Below are positions 51,131-62,879 of a stretch of DNA of 64,000 nucleotides, one piece after another. A program made the position numbers and the translations under genes. Position 1 is the first letter of the stretch. Each line of letters starts with the position of its first letter. A model generated the notes under the pieces. The model was not told where the DNA came from, ran no database searches, and was given only the letters and a program-made list of their open reading frames with translations. The DNA lies in assembly GCA_951406725.2 (NCBI GenBank), contig OX597832.1, positions 36,146,001 through 36,210,000 on the forward strand, in the 5' to 3' direction. The stretch is from Octopus vulgaris. Taxonomy: Eukaryota.

Positions 51131-52905
51131 ACTATTCCCGTAACCAGCCTCAATGGCTGATCCCTTTGTTGGGTCTGCTTGGGGGGGGGGTCATATTTCC
51201 AATGCATTCTTTGCATTCACTAACCTCCCATTATAGCATTTCTGTGTCCCTTTCCGGTGCAAGCGTGGGCAAATGTGCTGTTACCATTCCATACATAATT
51301 CTCTTCAACAACATTTCAATTCTCTCTCGTAGACTGACCTACAGGAGACCTCGTGCCTCTGGTCTTTATTTTGCAGAACACAAACAAACCTCCAGCTTTC
51401 AGCATCTCTTCTAGTTACTTGATGTCGTCTTTGCTGTCTCTTTTCTTCCTGTCTTTCCAAGTTGATAAATATAAACGATATAACCACCAGGTAAAGCTGA
51501 AAATGAAATGCACAAGTAGCATTTAGCAATACTTAAACTTTTCCTAGGAGAGATGCATTCAAATGTGTTGTTATTTGGTTATAGTCTTTATTCAGTTATA
51601 TTCTGTAGTTATTTAGTTATATTCATTTGGTCGTATTCTGAACTATGAAATGTCCAAAATAAATCTTTTGCTGATTAATTTCTCTGTTCTTTGAGGTTTG
51701 TCTTCAAATATTGCCTTTAAGACATTCTTCACACAAGAATCTGTCTCAGAAATCTACTTGATTCTCCAGCTTTTCAAATGTGTACTATGAGGAATTCTTT
51801 GTGCTGTCAAAAACAGTTTTCATTTACCGTTAATGTCAGTCCAATTTGTGACAGAAGCTCTTCGGAAACTGAAATCATTAATTTGATTATTAAATTTGAC
51901 AAAGTATCAGTAACCTTATAAGTGTTGTCTACTAAGATTTTATATTGGCCATTGAACAAACATACACACACGTGTGTGTATTTTATATATATATATATAT
52001 CATCATCATCATCATCATCATGCTAGCATATATTTATATGCATATATATGTATATAATATATATATACTTACTCATCTGCAGATATGAAGATATATTTGT
52101 GAAGATATACACATATATAAATTAATTAAATGAATATATAAATTTATAAAGAAATACTGCCGGCATAAAGTTAGTGTAATGATTCTTGTGAAATGCTGGG
52201 TTCACGATCAAAACATGAGACTAAAAATGTAGGAGTCTGAGAATATAAGGAACACAAGAGCAATGTGGACAAGCATGCTTGAAATTGGATGTTTTCGTTT
52301 AAAATATAGAATGTGAAATATGAAGGAGTTGCTTGAGGATATTATGGATGGTATGACATGTGGGATCCAGCACAGTATGAGACTATAAGATGCAGCTGTG
52401 GATGGTATGAGGTGGATTCCAGATGAATGAACAACAAGTGGATGACATTGTTGGCACTTGGCTTTATAGGTAGAAAGATGATATCATTTCCATTTAGCTT
52501 TCACATTTATGAGTCCATACTTGGGCCCTTGCATCCAAAAGGCAATCAGGTCAGATGTTTTTAAGGTTAGTCCAGGATGCAACCATACAGTCAACTTATT
52601 TGCTATAAACAGGTTGCAGTTTCCATTCTGCTTGTATGCATTAGCATAATTTATGATTTTCCACTTCATATTTCTGTTGGTCTTTTAACAAGCACATCTA
52701 ATTAGACGAGGTGCTGTTTGTTTTGCTGCTGGTATTTCTGAAGAAGTGAAAGTTTCCATAAAACTTGAATTTGTTTTCCTTTTTGTTTTTCTGTCTCTGC
52801 CCACTTCAGTGACCTTCTTTTAACCATTTTTTAAATCATTTTTTATTACTTTCTCCAAGCATTGCACTGCTTTAATAACCTCCAGACTTTTCCCTTTGCT
52901 CAGAA

Positions 52906-53203
52906 CTATCTTTTATATATCTTTTATATATCTTTTATATATCTTTTATATATCTTTTATATATCTTTTATATATCTTTTATATATCTTTTATATATCTT
53001 TTATATATCTTTTATATATCTTTTATATATCTTTTATATATCTTTTATATATCTTTTATATATCTTTTATATATATATCTTTATATATCTTTTATATATC
53101 TTTTATATATCTTTTATATATCTTTTATATATCTTTTATATATCTTTTATATATCTTTTATATATCTTTTATATATCTTTTATATATCTTTTATATATCT
53201 TTT
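52906..53203. repeat. 11-bp minisatellite (tatcttttata), about 27 copies
   Basis: Directly visible. Confidence 0.97.
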
Positions 53204-53542
53204 AAATATTTTTTTCCTGTCTCTACAGATCTTTCAATGGTATTTTCCCTTAAATATGGCATTACTCCCCTTTCACCTCACACTTGTGCCTGCCACAATT
53301 GCCCAGGTCAACTTTGCTTTCGTTCTTTCAGGACTGATAAATAAATGACCAGTCAAGTACTTTAATTAATTCTTCTCTTTCTCTAACTCTCTCTTCCTGT
53401 CTTTCACTCTTTCTGGAAGAACTGAATGGGATCAAACCAGGAGAGGGAGGAGAGCTGCCAAGTCTGAAATGTTCAAGAAACTCCATATATAGCATCCCTA
53501 TGATTCCATCAAGAAGTTTATATATATATATATATATATATA

Positions 53543-53800
53543 TCATCATCATCATCATCATCACCATTTAACGTCCACTTTCCATGCTAGCATGGGTTGG
53601 ACGATTTGACTGAGGTCTAGCGAACGAGATGGCTGCACCAGACTCCAATCTGATCTGGCAGAGTTTCTACAGCTTGATGCCCTTCCTAACAACAACCACT
53701 CCGAGAGTGTAGTGGGTGCTTTTATGTGCCAGTCAGGCAGTACTGCTCAAATGGTGCTTTTTATGTGCCACCTCCACAGGAGCCAGTCCAGTGGCACTGG
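53543..53800 (-). mobile_element. Family C retroposon, truncated
   Basis: (cat)n-tttaacgtccactttccatgctagcatgggttggacg. Confidence 0.85.
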
Positions 53801-54046
53801 CATATATATATTTATCATAGTATAGTATAGTGAGACAACCGGCTAACACTGTTAGTAGGACAGGTTAGGAAGCTAACTAAAGAAGAATGGTGGAATAAGA
53901 TGACTGAATGAATTAAAAGAAAATTAAAGAAAGATAAAGCAAAGTAAAAAGAAGAGAAATGAGGAATGAGGAGGTTTAATTTTTGTGACAGATTTATTAA
54001 AGATTTAAGAAATTTCCAAAGTTTTGAAGCACTTTATATATGTGTA

Positions 54047-54091
<45 letters not shown>

Positions 54092-54340
54092 TAACAGACA
54101 GGGAAGACAGAGTAAGCTTATATCAGTACTGCAAGTGTGTGGGAAACGATATAATGGAATCGAATGCCCCCCATAGTGCAGAAAAAATCTCATCAGGTTA
54201 TATAATATGTTACAGTGATATATGTACATTTTGCTACTGTGTGTGGCAGGATGGTGTTGGCATGATACGTGTGTGTCCTATCTAAACTTTAATTTTAAAC
54301 ATAACCTATATATATATGTGTGTGTGTGTGTATGTATGTG

Positions 54341-54389
<49 letters not shown>

Positions 54390-54418
54390 TCACACATATC
54401 TGTATAAACATGAACAGT

Positions 54419-54468
<50 letters not shown>

Positions 54469-55269
54469 TATATATAAATGTATGTATATCAGAAATTTTA
54501 AAAGGTTTTCATCAGATAGCTTTGGTTAAATAATATAGAACACAATTCCAAGAACAATGCTGTTCTATGGTTATTGTTTGAATTTTGCTTTGCTTTTTGC
54601 AGTATTTAAAAGAAAGAATTTGGTGAAGAAGAAATGAAATATACAATAAAAACTGTGAAACAAAAGAGACATAATATGTTTATTTTCCTCTTCAGGCAGT
54701 CAACCTACATAATTGTCTTGATGTGGATGTCTGTAGCATTAGAAACACTTTACCATTGTTTCATTAGAACTTTTATAAATGCTTCCCCAAATTAAGAAAA
54801 TGATTCAAAGAAAAATATTCTAGACAAAAGAAAGGACATGAAAATATGTAAATATCATAGAGAAAGGCTATAAAGGAAAACGTTTGTTTTTAGAGAATGG
54901 CTGCCATGATGAACTAGTAAGATATAATTAGTATAGTCAAGATTAATGATTGACAAAGATTGATCATAGTTTCAAACTATATGTTAAAAGAAGTTTCTTC
55001 TTTTTTATTTCAATTTAAACTTATTGTTACAACAAATCAGGGTCTCTCAAGCATTTTTCTCCTTTCACCATCTTTTCACTATTTTCCAAAGCAATCACCT
55101 GCATTCCCATCTCTAAATATAATTAATTAAAATCATACTTCACTTACCTTAATTATATAATGTGACCCTTATGGTCGATGCTTTCCTGTTAGATATTTTT
55201 ATATTTGGACTAAAATTTGTGAGCTATAGGTTTAGTCCCCTTTAAACTTTTAAACCTAAACCAAACGAT

Positions 55270-55694
55270 AACAAAGGAGATCTACTGTGAGCAGCTTGAA
55301 CTGCTTAAGTCAGTGCTAGAAGAAAAACGACCATCTTTGGTTTCAAGACGAAAGGTATTCTTCCATCAGGATAATGCTTGGCCACATATAGTAAAGATGA
55401 CATTCCAAGGGCTGGAGCAGTTTGAATGGGAAATGATGCCCCACCCACCATATTTGCCAGACATTGTCCCATCTGATTATTATTTATTCTGCAGTCTTCA
55501 GAATTATTTGGAAGGAAAAAATAGGCGTAGGAGTAGCTATGTGGTAAGTAGCTTGCTTACGAACCACATGATTCCGGGTTCCGTCCCACTGCGTGGCACC
55601 TTGGGCAAGTGTCTTCTTCTATAGTCTCAGGCCAACCAAAGCCTTGTGAGTGGATTTGGTAGATGGAAACTGAAAGAAGCCCATCGTATATATG

Positions 55695-55729
<35 letters not shown>

Positions 55730-56173
55730 ATATGTTTGTGTGTCTGTGTTTGTCCCCACCAACATCGCTTGACAATCGATGCTGGTGTGTTTATGTCCTT
55801 GTAACTTAGCGGTTCAGCAAAAGAGACCAATAGAATAAGTACTAGGCTTACAAAGAATAAGTCCTGGGGTCGATTTGCTCGACTAAAGGCGGTGATCCAG
55901 CATGGCCACAGTGAAATGACTGAAACAAGTAAAAGAGCAAAAGAGTAAAAGAGCAAAAGGGTAAAAGAGAGGTCAGAACAGAACTGGAGGAGTATTTTTC
56001 ATCGCGGACAAGTGACTTTCGGAAGAGGGGCCTTGCAAGTCTACCAGATAGATGGAAGGGCATTGTAGGAAATGAAGGAGAGTATGTTTTAGATTAAAAA
56101 AGAACTTTGTTTATCTTAATTTTGAAAATAAAAGAAGTATAAAAAAACTGCATTATTTATGAGATAACCCAAT
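55270..56173 (+). mobile_element. mariner transposase 3' remnant split by a SINE
   Basis: FFHQDNAWPH..PHPPYLPDIVPSDYYLFCSLQNYL, resuming after 55968 as EVRTELEEYF..LPDRWKGIVGNEGEY*; TIR gcattatttatgagataacccaata. Confidence 0.92.
55524..55968 (+). mobile_element. SINE family A, full length, nested in mariner
   Basis: Full head, core and (gtaaaaga)n tail. Confidence 0.92.
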
Positions 56174-56299
56174 ATATATTGCATACTTCTTACAGCATTA
56201 AGAGCATTTAACTCTTGTTTCTTGCAATACAGGTACTTCAGTATCCTCAGTCACAATTAATGATGAGAACATTTTTCCTTTTGGTATTATTTATGAATT

Positions 56300-56426
56300 C
56301 TTTTATCTTTGGCTTGTTTCAGTCATTGGATTGCAGCCATAGTGAGGCATTACCTTAATGGGTTCAGTTGAGTAAATTGCGCTCACTATGTTTTTTAAAG
56401 TCTGGCACTTGTTCTATTGGGAGGGA

Positions 56427-56474
<48 letters not shown>

Positions 56475-56640
56475 GATATGAACTGGGCTTCCACCCAGAT
56501 TTTGTCTACCAAATTTACTTACAAGGCATTGGTTAGCATGGAGCTGTAGTTGAAGATACTTGCCCAAGGTTATCAGGCAGTGGGATTGAAACTGAAATCC
56601 TGTGCTTGCTAAACAAGCTTCTTAACTCACAGCCATTCGT
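56300..56640 (-). mobile_element. Diverged SINE family A
   Basis: cttgtttcagtcatt..acttgcccaagg..agtgggattgaa..cacagccat. Confidence 0.75.
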
Positions 56641-57127
56641 GGAACATCAGCAAGTCAGTCTCTGAATTAAAGATGTGGTGGGGAAAAAATACAGAACAGT
56701 GGACCAGATGTAAAATATTCAACAGAATGGATTCTATTGAAAGTAACTGAAAACCAAGAGGTGATGACATTAAAAGCAAGCAGCATATAAATAATGGTAA
56801 GCAACTCTCCATGCATTATCCAAAGCTCTATCTTGAATCTCAATAGCCTGTTGCAAAAAGAATTTCATGAAAATTTTAGCAGAGATTTTGATTCCAAATT
56901 TTGATGCCAAATTGAAGCCATTTCAGTTTAATGTTGCTGTTAATGGCCTTCAGAAGACAATCATGAACATTATACCATCTCATTTTTCATCTTCTGTATA
57001 TAAATCTGAAGACTTGTGCCAAGCCAAAATAAACATTTATAAGTATTTACTTTCATTTAATAGTAGAAAATATTCCATTTTGGAAAATTTTCTCTCTCTC
57101 TCCCTCTCCTGCCTTTTCTCTTTCCCA

Positions 57128-57166
<39 letters not shown>

Positions 57167-58274
57167 ATACACGTGCACTCTCTCTCTCTCTCTCTTTGTC
57201 TCACACTCAGTTCCCGTGCATGCCTCTATTACACTTCTCTATCTCTCTCTCTTTCTCCCTCTCTCTCGCTGTATATACAAGCTACTTTTCCCTCATCCTC
57301 TTGTTATGCATTCTTGTACTTTTGTGATTTCATTGAGATAGGAAGTTTCTATGACTATATTAACGGAGCAGATATTCGCAAAGAAAATATTATTTTCTAA
57401 AAAATTCAATAAATTTATTCACTCAAAATGTATTTTGAAAAAACTAATATTTTTCAGATTTTTATAAAATAATGTAAAGAAGATTGAAAGTGAAAACTGA
57501 AAGTGTAAAAAACATACAAACAATTTAAGACTGCAAAACAACTGATGAGATTATGTTACCTGTATGTATCGATTATATATACACCCTATTATATGTGTTT
57601 GTTCAATGGGAAACTAAGGGTGTAATATCTTCATTACATCTTACATGAATGAAATTACACCACTCTCTCTCTCTCCCTCTCTCTCTCTCGCTCTCCCTCT
57701 CTCCATATATATGTACATATCATATGAAATTAAAAGAGCACATTACTGCCAGATTTGTGCAAGGAAATCAAATAAATCTGCTCCGATTTGGGATAACCTT
57801 GGAAACTCCCATACATAAATATACACACATGCATACAGATATCATCATAATCATTTATATATCTGTCTTCTATGCTAGCATCGGCTGAATGGTTCAATAG
57901 GATCCAATGAGTCAGAGGAATGCACCAAGCTCCAGGGTCCACATTGACATGGACTCCCTCCCTAGTGCCAACCAGTTTACAAAATGTACTGCATCCAGCA
58001 CAGAGCTGCATTTAAAGCCTAGTGTGGACCCTGAGCCAATAGGTTTTGGAGGCCTCTACAATTTTGCGCATGTAAGTTTCAACTGTTTACGTGTAAACAA
58101 TAGGAATGTGTATTAAGTCCAAGCCCTGTGAGCCAAAGGGACTTTTCCAGTGCCTCTCCCTCACCATCCTCTGGAGCAATGCCTTTTCCTTTTTTCTGCT
58201 GAGACCATGGAGCAGTCTGAGTTCCAGGAAACAGGAGCTTTCTCCATTTAAATAATACTGATTGTTTACAATTT

Positions 58275-58937
58275 ATACTAAGAAATGAAGGAATAGAAAA
58301 TACAAAAAAAAACATTGTAAATAATCCAAATACAAAAAACATTTTAAAATGTTCATATCAGTTTTGCATTTTTCTAAAAGATTTTGCCTATTCCACAACT
58401 TTAATGGTTTCTGACTTGCTCTGATGTTGCCTGCTCCATTTGTTTGGATCATGCATGACTGTTGACTGACCTCTTTATTACATCAGAAGGAAATATAGGC
58501 ACGAAGTGTTTTTAAAAAGTCTCTACTTAAAAGCCCTCTTTTAATTTACTGGGCCTTTTTAGATTTAAAAAGCCATTAAATTTAAACGAGTTGCTCTGAA
58601 TCTACTGAAGCCCTTACAAGTTTTGGGGCCTCTGAATTGAATGGGGCCCTCTTAATTATGTCTTGAATTAGCTCTTTTTTAAGTAGTGACTTTTTAAAAA
58701 CACTTTGTGCCTATATTTTCTTCTGCTGTAGTAAAGAGGTCAGTCAACAGCCATGCATGATCCAAACAAATGGACAAGGCAGCATCAGGACAAGTCAGAA
58801 ACCATTAAAGTTGTGGAAAAGGCAAAATTTTTTAGAAAAATGCAAAACAGGATATGAACATTTTAAAATGTTCTTTGTATTTAGATTATTTACAATGTTT
58901 TTTTTTTTGTATTTTCTACTCCTTCATTTCTTAGTAT
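58275..58937. repeat. Long inverted repeat: ~260-bp arms (58275-58533 / ~58675-58937), ~140-bp spacer
   Basis: For example atactaagaaatgaagga / tccttcatttcttagtat and catttgtttggatcatgcatg / catgcatgatccaaacaaatg. Confidence 0.95.
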
Positions 58938-59047
58938 CTACAACAACAGCAACCAGAATCACCACAACAACAACAACAATTACAGCTGCAACAACCACTT
59001 TACTGACCAGTTCCACAGTACATCCACGTGCACACACACACACACAC

Positions 59048-59157
59048 ACACACATGTGTACGCACACATGTGTACGCACACATGTGTACGCACACATGTG
59101 TACGCACACATGTGTACGCACACATGTGTACGCACACATGTGTACGCACACATGTGT
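59048..59157. repeat. 14-bp minisatellite (cacacatgtgtacg), about 7-8 copies
   Basis: Directly visible; strictly alternating purine-pyrimidine. Confidence 0.95.
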
Positions 59158-59199
59158 TTGTAATTACCCACATGTTTCCACATAGCACTAAAATCAAAG

Positions 59200-60170
59200 G
59201 AAATTGAGCTTGTCAAGACATGCAACCATATACTACATGAGAAGACATACAGAAAGCTAAACATACAACTCTGCACGTGCCCTGACCCCAAATACTGCAC
59301 ACACACACACACACACACATGCAAAAGTACCCAGTTGATGTTTTTGGAATTTCAAGGAATGAGCTTCGGATCTGGGTTAGAAAGCAGCTCTTTCTCAATT
59401 GGCCAGAAAATGTTGAAATAAAGCTGAATAATGGCATACATCCATCCATAAATACATACATACATACATCCATCCATCCATCCATCCATCCATCCATACA
59501 TACATACATACATACATACATACATCCATACATCCATCCATAAATCCATCCATACATCCATCCATCCATCCATCCATACATACATACATACATACATACA
59601 TACATACATACATACATCCATCCATCCATACATACATACATACATACATACATACATCCATCCATCCATACATACATATATATATACATACACACATACA
59701 TCCATCCATCCATACATACATATATATATATACATACACACATACATCCATCCATCCATACATACATATATATATATACATACACACATACATACATCCA
59801 TCCATCCATACATACATCCATAAATACATCCATACATCCATCCATCCATACATACATACATACATACATACATACTACAGAAGAGAATCAGCAATTATCT
59901 TGCATATTTTGCAGGGTTTGTATGCTTTGCGCATTGTATATTAGGAATTTGCTAAAATGTATGTACATATGTATGTGTATGTATATCTGTATTAATCTGT
60001 GTCATTCATATGTATCTGCCACAAGTCACACCGTGTTATCACTCTGCATTTTTTAATAATGTGTGTGTGTGTGTGTGTGAACAGACATGATGTTCCTACA
60101 GAACAGAATCAGAAATTATCTTGCATGCCAAAAACTGAATATTTTGTGGGGTTTGTATGTTTTACGTATT
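59200..60170 (+). pseudogene. Decayed TIR domain, locus L11
   Basis: [30 protein letters not shown] (box1/alphaA), KSHRVI..HFL, RNYLA..ILW; split by microsatellites. Confidence 0.65.
59436..59875. repeat. (CATA)/(CATC) compound microsatellite
   Basis: Directly visible. Confidence 0.97.
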
Positions 60171-60179
60171 GTATATTAT

Positions 60180-60626
60180 GATGTATGTATGTATGTATAT
60201 GTATGTGTGTATGTATGTATGTATGTATGTGTATGTATGTATGTATGTATGTATGTATGGGTGTATGTATGTATGTATGTATGTATGTATGTATGTACGT
60301 GTGTATGTATGTGTGTATGTATGTATGTATGTATGTATGTATGTACGTGTGTATGTATGTGTGTGTGTATGTATGTATGTATGTATGTATGTATGTATGG
60401 TTGTATGTATGTATGTGTGAATGTATGTGTGTATGTATGTGTGTGTGTATGTATTGTATGTATGTATATATGTGTGTGTATGTATCTATGTATGCATGCA
60501 TGTATGTGTGTGTATGTATGTATGTATGTATGTATGTATGTATGTATGTATGTATGTATGTATGTATGTGTGTGTATGTATGTATGTATGCATGCATATA
60601 TGTATTATGTATGTGTGTGTGTGTAT
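60180..60626. repeat. (TATG)n microsatellite
   Basis: Directly visible. Confidence 0.97.
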
Positions 60627-61164
60627 GATTGCCAAAATACTCAATAGCGTAATTTTATTAAAAATCATTATTTAGCAAATCATTCTACTCTTTGATATTT
60701 ATTACTCAATGTAAGGTATATTTAATAAACACAATAATTAAATATTAAAAACAACAAATGAATTTCTGACAGAAAAAAACAGAAAAAATATTAAAAAACA
60801 AAAAAGTAATTAGACAGGAAAAAAAAGAAATGTCGTCTGCTGTTGTGGAGTGCGCATGCTCCATGCAAGTCTCTGCTGCCTACTTCCGGTGTGGCTGCTC
60901 TTCTTCCTCCATGTGGTGAGTGTTGTGGTTTCTATTCAAGTTGCGATCACATTAGTCAAATGTGTAAATGGATATTTGTATATGTACGTAAAGAATGTGA
61001 ATATGTATGTATCGTTGCTGTCAGGTGTCCTAATTAACTTACCTGACACGATTCAAGTTCGTCGTCTTTTTTTCTGTTATATATTTTATATTAACCAATT
61101 CACCTTGGTAAATATCCTTGAAATAAACATTACATTGTTCCTCTCACACATGGACATACACACA

Positions 61165-61280
61165 TCTAACTACCTATCAACCTAACTATATATCTATCGA
61201 TCTATCCATCTATCTATCAATCTATCTATCTATCTATCCATCTACCTATCTATCTATCGATCTATCTATCGATCTATCTG

Positions 61281-61350
<70 letters not shown>

Positions 61351-61575
61351 AATCTATCTATCTATCTATCTACCTACCGATCTATCTATCTACCTACCTA
61401 TCCATCTATCTATGTATCTAGTTATCCATCTATCTATCTATCTATCTCTCTTACTATCTATCTATATATCGATCTATCTATCTATCTATCTATCTATCAT
61501 CTATCTATCGATCGATCTATCTATCAAGCTATCTATCTATCTATATCTATCTATCTACCTATCTATCTATCTATC

Positions 61576-61644
<69 letters not shown>

Positions 61645-61649
61645 CATCC

Positions 61650-61683
<34 letters not shown>

Positions 61684-61869
61684 ATATCTATCGATCTATC
61701 TATCCATCCATCTACCTACCGATCTATCTATCTACCTACCTATCCATCTATCTATGTATCTAGCTATCCATCTATCTATCTATCTCTCTTTACTATCTAT
61801 CTATATATCGATCTATCTATCTAGCTATCCATCTATCTATCGATCGATCTATCTATCAAGCTATCCATA

Positions 61870-61921
<52 letters not shown>

Positions 61922-62000
61922 ATCTATGTATTTGTCCCCTCTGTGTCCAGCCCTGTGTGGCCAATAAAGAAAGTTATCTATCTATCTATCTATCTGTCTG
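61165..62000. repeat. (ATCT)n microsatellite with higher-order duplication
   Basis: Variant block ctacctaccgatc..ttactatc..atcaagc at ~61370 and ~61712. Confidence 0.95.
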
Positions 62001-62053
62001 TACACATACACAAAAAACCGTTTATATTCATGGATAATGTTAGGAGACAGTTA

Positions 62054-62360
62054 CTAACAAAATAAAAACAGACTTTATACTAACATTTTGTAAAACCTGC
62101 AGTCTTTACATTTATTTATTTAGTTTATTTAAGCCGGTCCAGTGACCTGACCCCGTACAGCCACGCTATTATATACGCGTATGTATATCTATCTATCTAT
62201 TTATCTATAAGTGAAAATTATTAAATACACAACTATGAAGCACAGATAGCTAACAAAATAAAAACAGACTTTATACTAACATTTTGTAAAACCTGCAGTC
62301 TTTACATTTATTTATTTAGTTTATTTAAGCCGGTCCAGTGACCTGACCCCGTACAGCCAC
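62054..62360. repeat. Exact 111-bp direct duplication (62054-62164, 62250-62360)
   Basis: Identical copies separated by 85 bp. Confidence 0.97.
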
Positions 62361-62879
62361 TTCTGTGTGTGTGTGTGTATTTAACCAGGGAAATTGTGGG
62401 TGCGCGCATACAGTTAATTAAAACGTCGTCTGACGAACTGTTTGCCATCTCTCCGTAATTCTTTCTTTCACTTCACTCGCATCTCTTCGATCAAATGAGA
62501 ATAGTAGGAATGTTACATACTCATAGTTTTCAGACAATCGCTACATAGTCGCTCGCTAAAAATACCAGCTAAATATCCATCATCTCACGTTACCGCCTTA
62601 AAATGGAAGGACATTAGGTTCGGAGAAAAAGTACAGGGTAGTTTCTGTTGGGAAATTTTTGATCATAGAACTGCTTGAGAAAAATAGCAGTCAAATCTTC
62701 CATAAATCGCACCGACTATTCTTTATAAAAAAGGTAAAGACTTGTGGTCTCTAATATAAAAGACGAGATGGTCACGCAAGGAACATCTTTAGTAATCAGC
62801 GCTGACCTGGGTTCGTCGACCATATTAAGTTTTGTTTATCTTTAAGACTAGTGGAATTGGTTGAGTGACAGGAAGTTAT

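Larger units (their letters stand above)
51200..57810 (+). pseudogene. Decayed Toll-like receptor, locus L10
   Basis: LCPF.C N-cap (~51245), KLKSL..LNLT, VNLHNC, FPKLRK, FPSLNIIN*NHTSL (~55105), LLNLNQT, EHLTLVSCN, IFNRMDSI, YKSEDLC, TIR-like LYFCDF..G..RKENII..FIHSK/YFE (57310-57440), box3 WDNLG (~57790). Confidence 0.7.
60850..62520 (+). pseudogene. N-terminal remnant of an LRR receptor, locus L12
   Basis: Signal-like MLHASLCCLLPVWLLFFLHVV, SCDHISQMCK N-cap, GVLINLPDTIQV, CLPSLRNSFFHFTRISSI (~62440). Confidence 0.5.
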
